Source: Planctomycetota bacterium (GTDB taxonomy: Bacteria > Planctomycetota > UBA1135 > UBA2386). Taken from it: a stretch of 64,000 bases of DNA. The stretch spans positions 6,336,001 through 6,400,000 of the forward strand of contig OZ245006.1 in the NCBI GenBank assembly GCA_965223545.1, given 5' to 3'. The translations under genes were made by a program, and so were the position numbers. Below are positions 49,127 through 57,818 of this stretch, piece after piece; the stretch's first letter is position 1, and the number at the start of each line of letters is the position of its first letter. The notes under the pieces were generated by a model. The model was not told where the DNA came from and did no database searches. It saw nothing but the letters and a program-made list of their open reading frames with translations.

Positions 49127-49924
49127 ATGCGCCGCGCACCGGGACTCGCCCGTGTCGTGGGCTCCGCCGCACTGGTCGGCCTGGTCGCCGGCTGCCTGGC
49201 GCGACGCCCCAAGGACACCATCTGGCCGCCCGAGGACTACTTCTTGGACGTGCACGTCGTCCGCGACGGGCGCGAGCGCCAGCGTGTCCGCGTGTGGGCC
49301 GGCGGGGTCGTGGCCTATGCCGAGGCCACCGCCTGGCTTGCCGATCCGGTCGTGGCGGGCGCGACGTTGCCGGTCTACTCGCGGTTGAGTGTCTACCGCT
49401 TGCACCCGCGCTCGGTGCGCCAGCTGGCGCGGGCGATCGAGCGGGCGGGCCTCTACGATCTCGACGAGGTCGAGCCGGGAGTCCCGGTGGCGGCGGCCGG
49501 CGCGGCGCGCATGGTCGCCCGCTGGCAGCTGTTCGCCAGCCGGGGCACTGCGAGTGCCGAGGAAGGCAACGGCGCGGTGGTGCGCGCGGTGCGCGTGCTC
49601 AACGGCTACCTGCCGTCGGGGCACTTGCTGTCGATCCCGCGCATGGGCGGCGAGAGCGAGCCGCGGCGCGTGTCCCGCACCCCCGCTCCGGCCGACTCGG
49701 TGGACCAAGCGCTCGCCCTGCACGAGGACCTCGTCGAGCTGCAGCCCGCCGACGCCGCCTTGCGCGAGCACACGCTGGCACTCGCCCTCGCGGCCGCCGG
49801 CAGCGCCGGTGCCGACGCGCTCCTCGAGCAATGGCAAGAGGAGGGCTTGGACGATGGGTTGATGGTGCGGCTGCGCGCGATCGCGCTCGGCGACCGCGCG
49901 CCGCTGTCAGCGGGCGGTGGCTAG
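49127..49924 (+). CDS. Hypothetical lipoprotein
   Basis: Lipobox-like LVAGC after a basic/hydrophobic leader; host codon usage. Confidence 0.6.
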   Translation: MRRAPGLARVVGSAALVGLVAGCLARRPKDTIWPPEDYFLDVHVVRDGRERQRVRVWAGGVVAYAEATAWLADPVVAGATLPVYSRLSVYRLHPRSVRQLARAIERAGLYDLDEVEPGVPVAAAGAARMVARWQLFASRGTASAEEGNGAVVRAVRVLNGYLPSGHLLSIPRMGGESEPRRVSRTPAPADSVDQALALHEDLVELQPADAALREHTLALALAAAGSAGADALLEQWQEEGLDDGLMVRLRAIALGDRAPLSAGGG

Positions 49925-50036
49925 TCAGTGGTGTGAATCAGACAGATGGGGCGGATGGCCTCGGAGGTTGCCGCAGATTTCTGATTCGACCAGGAGCCTC
50001 CCACAAGGCCGGCTCCTGGGTCGCCCGCTGCCCGCC

Positions 50037-51857
50037 TCAGTTGCCGAACTGCGTGTCCATGCCGCGCGAGACGCCGAGCGGCAGGACGAATGGCAGGCTG
50101 GGGTCGAGGTCGGCGAGCTGCCAGTAGATCGACCTGCCGACCAGCGATGGATTGCACGGCACGTTGACCGGAATCGCGACGTCGCCGGTGGCGCTGGTCG
50201 GGGCGGGGAACACCAGCGTCGGCGGGATGGCCAGAGCCGAGCCCGGCTGGCCGCCGAGCGGACCCAGCGCCACGGTGGCGGTCAGCGGGGCGACCACGAG
50301 GGCGGTGATCGAGTTGGGCACCAAGCCGGTGCCGGTGATCTGCCAGCTGTTGTTGCCGATCGTCGGCGGGCCGTTGGTGCCGATGGCCGGGGTGCCGACG
50401 CTGTGGGCGAAGGCGCTGCCGAAGTAGCTGATCGCGCTGGTCGCCGCGGTGACCCGCAGGTCGTCGATGAGCAGCGGATGGGCGTCGTTGTTGTTGTCGC
50501 AGACGAACTCGCGATAGCCGATGTAGAGCGTCACCGGATCCATGTCGGCCGGGTCGATCGCCGCCGCCAGGTTGTTGCCGGTGGCACAGCCGGAGCCGAC
50601 CATGCCGCCGAACGTGCCGAGCACGCTGTCGGCGGAGCGCTCCAGGCGCAACCGCTGCCAACCGTCGTTGACGCCGGGTTGGATGTTGATCGAGCCGATC
50701 ACGTTGGCGTTGGTCAGACCGACGTTCCAGGCGCCGTCGTTGTGATCGACGAGCGAGAGCGTGCCGCCCTGGTCGGTGATCTGGTAGACCCAGCTGACGC
50801 CGGTGTTGCCGTTGGCCTCGATCGGGCCGCCGAACGTGCTGGCGATGTAGCCGGTCGGATCCGGCGAGTTGAAGAACGTGCCGGTCGAGCCGAAGCCGAT
50901 GCTCCAGGTCTGGTACTCGGTGCCGGAGCTCAGGCACTGCGTCGTACCGGCCGCCACCGATGCCTCGATGCCGGAATCGAAATAGACCCAGGCTTCGAAG
51001 ACGGCACCGCCGTCGACCTCGGCGAGCAGCATGCCCATGTCCCCGCCGCCCGCCGGGTCCCACAGCGCGAGGCAGTTGCCGCCCTGCGGCGAGGCGCTCG
51101 TCGGCAGCCAGCCCAGCAGGTAGTTGCCCGGCAGCGTCGGGTCGACGACGAACGGAAACTCGAAGCTGCCGCTGAAGCCGACGGCCGGGGTGTCGGGTGA
51201 CTGCAGATCGAAGTTGTCGGTGAACGGCAGGGTCGCCGAGAAAGCGCCGGCGTTGCTGGTGCCCGGCGTCATCGGCACGATGTAGAAGTCGCGGCCGTTG
51301 TTGCCGGTGTCGCGGCCGTCGCGGATGCGGCTCCAGGACGATTCGATCGGGAAGCCGCTGGTCGAGCTGTCGATGCTGCGGAAGTTGCCCCAGACGCCTT
51401 CCGCCTCGGCGAGCGCCGGGTTCCACAGGCCCTTGTTCGCCTCGTAGACGAGTGTGTCGATGCTGTTGCCGGCGGTGTCGCGCAGGGTCAGCGAGGCGTT
51501 GCTGTTGTCGAGCAGGTCTTGGTCGAGCCCGGTGGTTGGGTTGAGCACGACCTGGTTGACGTTGGGCACCGCGGACGAGCCGACGACGTAGTAGCCGCCG
51601 GCGGCGAGCATCGTGCCGGCGTTGATCGTGAAGCTCGGGAACGCCCCGCCGGGGCCCTCGGCCGCGATCGTCCAGTTGCTGATGTCGATCGCGGCGCCCG
51701 TCGCGTTGTAGAGCTCGACGAACTCGCGGTAATCGGGGAAGCCGCTGTCGTCATACGAGAACTCGTTGATGACGACGGGGGCATTGGCGCCCTGCGCGGC
51801 CAGCGGGGCGAGGAGGGCGGGGACGACCAGGGCGGCGCACGGCAGCGGATGTCTCAT
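50037..51857 (-). CDS. Secreted lamin-tail-domain protein with C-terminal beta module
   Basis: Signal peptide; VVINEF.YD...EFVELYN.....DISNW...MTPG (LTD). Confidence 0.85.
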   Translation of the reverse strand: MRHPLPCAALVVPALLAPLAAQGANAPVVINEFSYDDSGFPDYREFVELYNATGAAIDISNWTIAAEGPGGAFPSFTINAGTMLAAGGYYVVGSSAVPNVNQVVLNPTTGLDQDLLDNSNASLTLRDTAGNSIDTLVYEANKGLWNPALAEAEGVWGNFRSIDSSTSGFPIESSWSRIRDGRDTGNNGRDFYIVPMTPGTSNAGAFSATLPFTDNFDLQSPDTPAVGFSGSFEFPFVVDPTLPGNYLLGWLPTSASPQGGNCLALWDPAGGGDMGMLLAEVDGGAVFEAWVYFDSGIEASVAAGTTQCLSSGTEYQTWSIGFGSTGTFFNSPDPTGYIASTFGGPIEANGNTGVSWVYQITDQGGTLSLVDHNDGAWNVGLTNANVIGSINIQPGVNDGWQRLRLERSADSVLGTFGGMVGSGCATGNNLAAAIDPADMDPVTLYIGYREFVCDNNNDAHPLLIDDLRVTAATSAISYFGSAFAHSVGTPAIGTNGPPTIGNNSWQITGTGLVPNSITALVVAPLTATVALGPLGGQPGSALAIPPTLVFPAPTSATGDVAIPVNVPCNPSLVGRSIYWQLADLDPSLPFVLPLGVSRGMDTQFGN

Positions 51858-51990
51858 GGCGATCGTTCTCGGTGCGGTTTTGACGAGGACACGCGGTCGG
51901 GCGAGTGCCCGCCGCGGAGAACCGGTACGGTACGGACGCCCGCGCGGCGCGGCAAGGATGCCGCATTGCGGTGTGGCGGAAATTGGGCGG

Positions 51991-53250
51991 CTACGGCGTC
52001 GGCTGCTCGTGGCAGGCGCGCACGTAGTCGGTCAGCAGGTGCCACTGCAGATGCAGATCGTGCTGGTCGACCTCGAGGGGCGCCTTGAAGAAGCAGGACA
52101 GGTGCCGCATCGGCCCGCTCTCCCCCCGCCGCGCCGCGAGGTCGGCGAGCCGCACCATGTCGAGCACGATCGGTGCCGCCAGGATCGCGTCGCAGCCCTG
52201 CCAGGTGAACTGCATCGACATCTTGTAGCCGAGGAACCCCTGGAAGTGGATGAAGTCCCAGGCGGTCTTGAGGTCGTTCAGCGACGGCACGTAGTCGATG
52301 CCGACGTGGGTGTGCAGCGGATAGCCGAGGATCGTCGACAACAGCGCGTCCTTGCTCTCGACCTTGGCCTGCTTGTTCTCGGCGTTGGCGAGCACGACGC
52401 CGTCCCGGTCGCCGAGGATGTTGTAGCCCTGCCAGGACAGCACGCGCAGGTTGCGGTACTTGAACATCGGCGCGAGCGACGACTTGACCAGCGTCTCGCC
52501 GGTCTTGCCGTCGGCGCCCATGTAGGGCGCGCCGTTGGCCTCGAAACGGGCGCGCACCGCTGGCACCAACGCCGCGTTGGAGGGCGTGAAGTGCACGAAC
52601 GGCAGACCCAGCTCGGCGGCGGCCCACGCGTAGAGCAAGGACGGCCGCACCGCGCCGAGGCGGTTGCGTTCCAGCGCCTGCGCCAGCTTGGCCGCATCGC
52701 GGTGGGTGCCGGTGAGGCGCAGCTGGGGCTCGGTCGAGGTCAGGTTGACGCACACGCAGCGCCGCAGCCGGCGCCGCCGCATGAACCGCCGGATGTCGTC
52801 TTTCAGGCGGCCGACTTCGGCGCGCAGGTCGACCTGCCCCGGCGGCTCGGCTTCGGCGAGCTTGGTGATCGTGCGGCCGGCGTTGACCAGCGAGCCGAGC
52901 CGGATATCGCGGTCGACCTCGGTGAAGTCCCGGCGCAGCGCGCCGAGCATCGGATACGGGATCGTGCCGGTGGCTTCGTAGATCTCGCGGGCGGCGTCGG
53001 CCAGCGTGCCACCGCGCACCTCGTGCCCGCCGAAGACGAGGTCGCCCAAGCCGGCCAACTCGATGCCGTCGAACAGCGCCGTCTCGGTCAAGAGACCCGT
53101 GGGGTCGGCGAGGCCGCGCTGGATCGCGCGGGCGCCGGTGATCACGGTGGTGGCCAGACCACCGCGGGCGCCGAAGATCCAGACGCCGACGCGCTCGGCG
53201 GTGGAGCGGCGGCGAGCGCGTGCGGGGGAGCGGGGCTTTTTCTTGGCCAA
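51991..53250 (-). CDS. ino1: myo-Inositol-1-phosphate synthase
   Basis: GARGGLATT, NLTSTE, FTPS, GADGKTGETLVKS, NILGDRDG, KVESK, IDYVPSL.D.KTAWD, DAILAAP..LD. Confidence 0.92.
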   Translation of the reverse strand: MAKKKPRSPARARRRSTAERVGVWIFGARGGLATTVITGARAIQRGLADPTGLLTETALFDGIELAGLGDLVFGGHEVRGGTLADAAREIYEATGTIPYPMLGALRRDFTEVDRDIRLGSLVNAGRTITKLAEAEPPGQVDLRAEVGRLKDDIRRFMRRRRLRRCVCVNLTSTEPQLRLTGTHRDAAKLAQALERNRLGAVRPSLLYAWAAAELGLPFVHFTPSNAALVPAVRARFEANGAPYMGADGKTGETLVKSSLAPMFKYRNLRVLSWQGYNILGDRDGVVLANAENKQAKVESKDALLSTILGYPLHTHVGIDYVPSLNDLKTAWDFIHFQGFLGYKMSMQFTWQGCDAILAAPIVLDMVRLADLAARRGESGPMRHLSCFFKAPLEVDQHDLHLQWHLLTDYVRACHEQPTP

Positions 53251-53458
53251 GGAGGTCGCGGCGCGGCGGTCGGGGGGCGGTGCGGGAACGGCGCGGGCGC
53301 GGCCGGGTTCAGTCGGCAGCGCTTCGACCGGGCGGCGCGTCTTGCAGCAGCAGAGCCGCCGCGGGGGCCGCGGTCAAGGGAGCGGAATGGGCCGTCTCGC
53401 GCAGTTTCTCGCGGCTTGTCGAGGTCCGGCGGCGGGTCGCGGGGATACTCGGGCACCG

Positions 53459-54754
53459 ATGGGCTCTCGGTGCTGGTGGTGGTGGCTCTTGGCGGCCGCC
53501 GTGGTGGTGCTCGGCGTCGTCTTCGTGCGCAAGGGCACGACCAAGACCAGCGAGCTGCCGGTCTACACCCTCGGCGCCGAGCGCATGCTGGCGGGCGAGG
53601 AGGTCTATCGGGTGTCGGACGAGAAGCCGTTCACCTACCCGCCGTTCTTCGCCCTGCCCTTCGCGCCGCTCGGCCACGTGCCGCTGCACCCGCCGCGGCC
53701 GTGGAGCAAGATCCTCGCCTGGTTTGTGGTCAACGCGGCGCTGCTGGGCTGGATCCTCGGCGTCGTGCACCGGGCCCTGGCGGTGCCGCTGGCAGCCGCC
53801 GGTGGGTTGCGCCCGGTTTGGTTTTGGACCCTCACCCTGACGCTGGCGGCGCGGCACGTGTCGGCGACGCTCGAGAACCAGAGCCACGACTTGCTCGTCT
53901 TCGGCTTGGTCGTGGCGGCCGCCGTGGCCGCTGCGCGCGGCGCGCACACGCGCGCGGGCGCCTGGGTCGGCCTCGCCGCCGCGTGCAAGGCGACGCCGCT
54001 GCTGTTCGCGGTGGGCTGGGTGCTGCAGCGCCGCGGGCGCGCGCTGCTGGGGATGGTCGCGATGGGGGTGGTCGCCACCCTGTTGCCGGACTTGATCGCG
54101 CCGCGCGGCGACGGCCAGTGGTGGGTCGAGGCGTGGGCGCGCACCTTCCTCGGCGGGGTCAGCGCGGCCGGCACCGCAGCTGCCGAAGGCGCGTGGACCG
54201 CGGGTAGCGAGCTCAACCAGAGTCTGTCCGGCACCCTGCACCGCTTGGTCAGTCCGGTGGAGCCGAACCCGGCGCGGTTCGTCCGCGACGTCGCGCTGTT
54301 CGAGGCATCGCCGGGCCAGCGCGCCGCGGTGATCCTGATCGGCCGGCTGTTGGTGCTCGGCGCCGTCATCGCCGCGGTCTGGCGGCGGGTGGACGGGGCG
54401 CCGGCGCGGCTTGGCCAGGCCGGGGCGGTGGTCTGCGGCATGGTGCTGCTGTCGCCGATGAGCAGCAAGTCGCACTTCTGCGTGCTGCTGCTGCCGCTGG
54501 CCTACGCGGTGGCCGTCTGGGGCGGCGCCGGCCGGCGCGATCGCTGGCTCGCGTGCCTGTTGGTCTTTGTGTTCATCGCCGGTACCTGCACGGTCAAGGG
54601 CCTCGTCGGCCGCGCGCTCGGCGGGCAGCTGCTCGCCCTGGGGGCGGTGACCTGGACCGCGGTGGCGACCTTGGCGGCGACTCTGCGCGCGCTGCACCTC
54701 GAGCGCGTGGCGACTGGCACGGTTGAGCCCGCGGCGGCCGCCGCGGTAGGGTAG
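53459..54754 (+). CDS. GT87-like (DUF2029) polytopic membrane glycosyltransferase
   Basis: VY..G, FTYPPFFA, N.Q, KATPLL, NQSL, LSP.S..SHF; many TM helices. Confidence 0.8.
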   Translation: MGSRCWWWWLLAAAVVVLGVVFVRKGTTKTSELPVYTLGAERMLAGEEVYRVSDEKPFTYPPFFALPFAPLGHVPLHPPRPWSKILAWFVVNAALLGWILGVVHRALAVPLAAAGGLRPVWFWTLTLTLAARHVSATLENQSHDLLVFGLVVAAAVAAARGAHTRAGAWVGLAAACKATPLLFAVGWVLQRRGRALLGMVAMGVVATLLPDLIAPRGDGQWWVEAWARTFLGGVSAAGTAAAEGAWTAGSELNQSLSGTLHRLVSPVEPNPARFVRDVALFEASPGQRAAVILIGRLLVLGAVIAAVWRRVDGAPARLGQAGAVVCGMVLLSPMSSKSHFCVLLLPLAYAVAVWGGAGRRDRWLACLLVFVFIAGTCTVKGLVGRALGGQLLALGAVTWTAVATLAATLRALHLERVATGTVEPAAAAAVG

Positions 54755-54762
54755 GCGCCAGC

Positions 54763-55509
54763 ATGGCGGTGGGAGCGACTGCGGGCGGCGACCTCCGGTT
54801 CTCGCTGGTGGTGCCGATGTTCGACGAGCAGGACAACGTGGTGCCGCTGCTCGAGGAAGTGGCGTCGGTGTTGGGCGCGTCGGGCGGCTACGAGGTGCTG
54901 CTGGTCGACGACGGCTCGACCGACGAGACCGTGGCGCGCGCCCAGCGCTACAAGCGCGACAACGGTGCCGAGTGGCTGCGCATCCTGCGCATGGCCGCCA
55001 ACGGCGGGCAGAGTGCTGCGGTCCTCGCCGGGGTCGAGGCGTCGCGGGCGCCGCTGGTCGCGGCGATGGACGGCGATCTGCAGAACGATCCGCGCGACCT
55101 GTTGCCGATGCTCGAGCTGGTCGAGAGCGGGCGCCACGACGGCGTGACCGGCCTGCGCGCCGTGCGCCGCGACAGCTTCGTGCGGCGGGCGTCGTCGCGG
55201 GTGGGCAATGCCGTGCGCAACTGGCTGACCGGTGACTCGGTGCGCGACGCGGCCTGCGGCATCAAGGTGTTCCGGCGCGAGCTGTTCTTGTCGCTGCCGC
55301 GCTTCAACGGCATGCACCGGTTCATGGCGACGCTGGCGCGTCAGGCGGGGGCCGACGTGGTCGAGGTGCCCGTGCACCACCGGCACCGGCAAGCGGGCCA
55401 AGCCAAGTACGGGATCGGCAACCGCGCTCTGCGCGGGCTGGCTGATTGTCTCGCGGTGCGGTGGTATCGGAGCCGCCAGCTGCGCTACGCCGTGCGCGAC
55501 GAGGTTTAG
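54763..55509 (+). CDS. GT2 polyprenol-phosphate glycosyltransferase (DPM synthase/ArnC-like)
   Basis: SLVVPMFDE, VDDGSTD, NGGQSAA, MDGDLQNDP, GMHRFM, H.R..G.AKYG. Confidence 0.9.
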   Translation: MAVGATAGGDLRFSLVVPMFDEQDNVVPLLEEVASVLGASGGYEVLLVDDGSTDETVARAQRYKRDNGAEWLRILRMAANGGQSAAVLAGVEASRAPLVAAMDGDLQNDPRDLLPMLELVESGRHDGVTGLRAVRRDSFVRRASSRVGNAVRNWLTGDSVRDAACGIKVFRRELFLSLPRFNGMHRFMATLARQAGADVVEVPVHHRHRQAGQAKYGIGNRALRGLADCLAVRWYRSRQLRYAVRDEV

Positions 55510-55575
55510 CGGCGCGCCCGGCCGCAAAGCGGGGGATGGTGTAGCGTTGGCGGAGGCGCTTCGACCTCGTCTCCG

Positions 55576-57690
55576 ATGCATCTGCTCCTCGCTGCGATCG
55601 TTCCGGTTCTGGCCCAAATTCCGTTGAGCGAAAACAGTGGCGACACCTCCGTGCCGCCGACCGTGCGTGAGGTCATCACCGATGGGCACGGCGTCGGTGC
55701 GGTGGATGGGGTCTTGTGGGGCGTCGGACCGGGCTTCCGGGTGCGGCTTGCTGCGCCCGGCCCGCGCGTCGACGTGTTCAACGCCAAGGGCAGCGTATCG
55801 TTGTGGAGTCGGCTGCAGGCCGTCGAGCGAAGTGGCGCCGCCGGCCTGGCGCTGGGCGATGTCGCAGTGCGGCGGGTCGGGGACGCTGTGCACTACGAGC
55901 GCGGCGCGCTCGTCGAGCGCTACGTGGTTGGGCGTCGTGGCGTGGAGCAGAGCTTCGTGCTGTACGAGCGCCCCGCCGGGCGCGGTGATTTGATCGTGCG
56001 GTTGGAGCTGCGCAGCAGCGGTGAGCTCCGCGATGCCGGTGAAGAGCGCGGGCTGCGCTTCGGCGCCGGAACCGTCGAGGTCGAGTACGGCGCGATGACC
56101 GCGATCGATGCGCACGGTCGGCGGCACCCCGGGCGCGTCCGGTACCACGACGGCCAGCTCGAGCTGGTCGTCGCCGGCGCCTTCGTCGACGGGGCCGCGC
56201 TGCCGTTGCTGATCGATCCGCTGATCGGCCCGCCCATCACCCAGTCGACGAGTGTGGGCGACCGGGACCTCGACTTGGCCTACGACGAGACCAACGATCT
56301 GTACCTGTGCGTGTGGGAGCGGCCGGTCGGGTTCGATGAGGACATTCTCGCCGTGCGGTTTCGGCCGGATGGGCGCGCCGTCGGATCGACGATCCCGATC
56401 GACGTGGGTGTGAGCGTGGTGTCGAACCCGCGGGTCGCCAACGTCAACGGCGCCGACGCTTTTGTCGTCGGTCATTCGCGGGGAGTGCGCGCGGTCAGCG
56501 CAGCGACCGGTTTGGTCTCGGCGCGCGTAGGGCCACGCGCGGTGCAGGATGTCGGCGGCGATGCCCGTCCCAACGGCCACCGGGCGGTCGTCGTCTACTA
56601 CTCGGGCGCTGTCGTGGCGGATGAGTTCGACGTCGCGCCCCTGGGGTCGGCGCTGCTGTCGGTCGGGACGCTCACGCTCGGCGCGCCGTCTCGCTTCGGT
56701 GCGAATCTGCGTATCACTGCGCAGCCGGGTGCGGCGGGCCGGCACCTCGTCGTCTGGGAGGAGCCGTTGACGGCGTCGGTGTACGGCGCCTGGTTCGACC
56801 AGGCATCGCGGATTCTCGATGGTCCGAAGTTGATCGCCACAAACGCGTTGCGTCCGGTCGCCGCCGGGGATGGCGATCGTTGGCTGGTCGCCTACGACAT
56901 CACGCCGAGGGGCCCTCTCGACATCGCGTGCACGGTCGTCGACTGGGATGTCGGCAGCGGCTCCAGCATGATCGGTGCCGAAGTGCGACTGAGCAACTCG
57001 CTGCCCTACGAGCGGCTGATGGGAGCCGAATGGGCGGGCGAGTCGGTCGTCTTGAGCTATCAGCGGCAGTACAGCGTGCAGCGCGTCGATGGCTTGCTGG
57101 GCTCGATCGACCCAGCGCGGTGCGGCGATTGCGAGGGCGAGATGCCGCTCGAGGCGCCGCAGGCGTCGTGGGCGATCGAGGACCTCGCCTTCGCGACCAC
57201 GCACAGCGGTAGCTTGAATGCCGGCAGCGGCGGCTTGGCGGTGTGGCAGCGGCTCGACACGCAGTTCGGGCGCGCGACCACGACGGGCATCGCGCGCTTC
57301 GTCGCCGAGGACGGCGTGGTCACCGACCTCGGTGGCGGCTGTGGCCAGGGCGGGCGCGCCGTGGTGTCGTGCGCGCGTCGCGGCAACTCCTTGTTCGTCC
57401 ATCGGGCTCGGGATGCGGTTGCCTCGGCGCCCGCGCTCCTGCTCGTGGGCGCGCAGGGGCCGGGTCTGCCGTGTGGCCCGTGCGTGGTGGTGCCCAATCT
57501 CGCGGGCGCCATCGCGTTGCCGGCGCTGACCAGCGCGGTGGGCGCGGTCGACATCCCGACGCCGATCCCGGCCGCACCGGCGCTGATCGGCGCCGCCTTC
57601 GTCGACCAGTGGCTGACCCTGCCGCCGGCCGGCCAGTGCGCGCCGATCGGCTTCGACACGTCCAACGCCCTGCGCGTGGTGATCGAGTGA
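55576..57690 (+). CDS. Secreted hypothetical protein, tandem paralog A
   Basis: Signal peptide; N-terminal module ending LPLLIDP; probable propeller body; C-terminal module ending TSNALRVVIE. Confidence 0.85.
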   Translation: MHLLLAAIVPVLAQIPLSENSGDTSVPPTVREVITDGHGVGAVDGVLWGVGPGFRVRLAAPGPRVDVFNAKGSVSLWSRLQAVERSGAAGLALGDVAVRRVGDAVHYERGALVERYVVGRRGVEQSFVLYERPAGRGDLIVRLELRSSGELRDAGEERGLRFGAGTVEVEYGAMTAIDAHGRRHPGRVRYHDGQLELVVAGAFVDGAALPLLIDPLIGPPITQSTSVGDRDLDLAYDETNDLYLCVWERPVGFDEDILAVRFRPDGRAVGSTIPIDVGVSVVSNPRVANVNGADAFVVGHSRGVRAVSAATGLVSARVGPRAVQDVGGDARPNGHRAVVVYYSGAVVADEFDVAPLGSALLSVGTLTLGAPSRFGANLRITAQPGAAGRHLVVWEEPLTASVYGAWFDQASRILDGPKLIATNALRPVAAGDGDRWLVAYDITPRGPLDIACTVVDWDVGSGSSMIGAEVRLSNSLPYERLMGAEWAGESVVLSYQRQYSVQRVDGLLGSIDPARCGDCEGEMPLEAPQASWAIEDLAFATTHSGSLNAGSGGLAVWQRLDTQFGRATTTGIARFVAEDGVVTDLGGGCGQGGRAVVSCARRGNSLFVHRARDAVASAPALLLVGAQGPGLPCGPCVVVPNLAGAIALPALTSAVGAVDIPTPIPAAPALIGAAFVDQWLTLPPAGQCAPIGFDTSNALRVVIE

Positions 57691-57818
57691 CCGCGCTCCC
57701 GGCTCACGCCACGTAGCGGCGGCGGCTGCCACGAAGCGCGACCAGGTCTCGGTCAGGACTCGGTCGCAAAAGAGAAGAGCTGTGTAGCGTTGGCAGCGAT
57801 GCTTCGACCTCGCCCCTG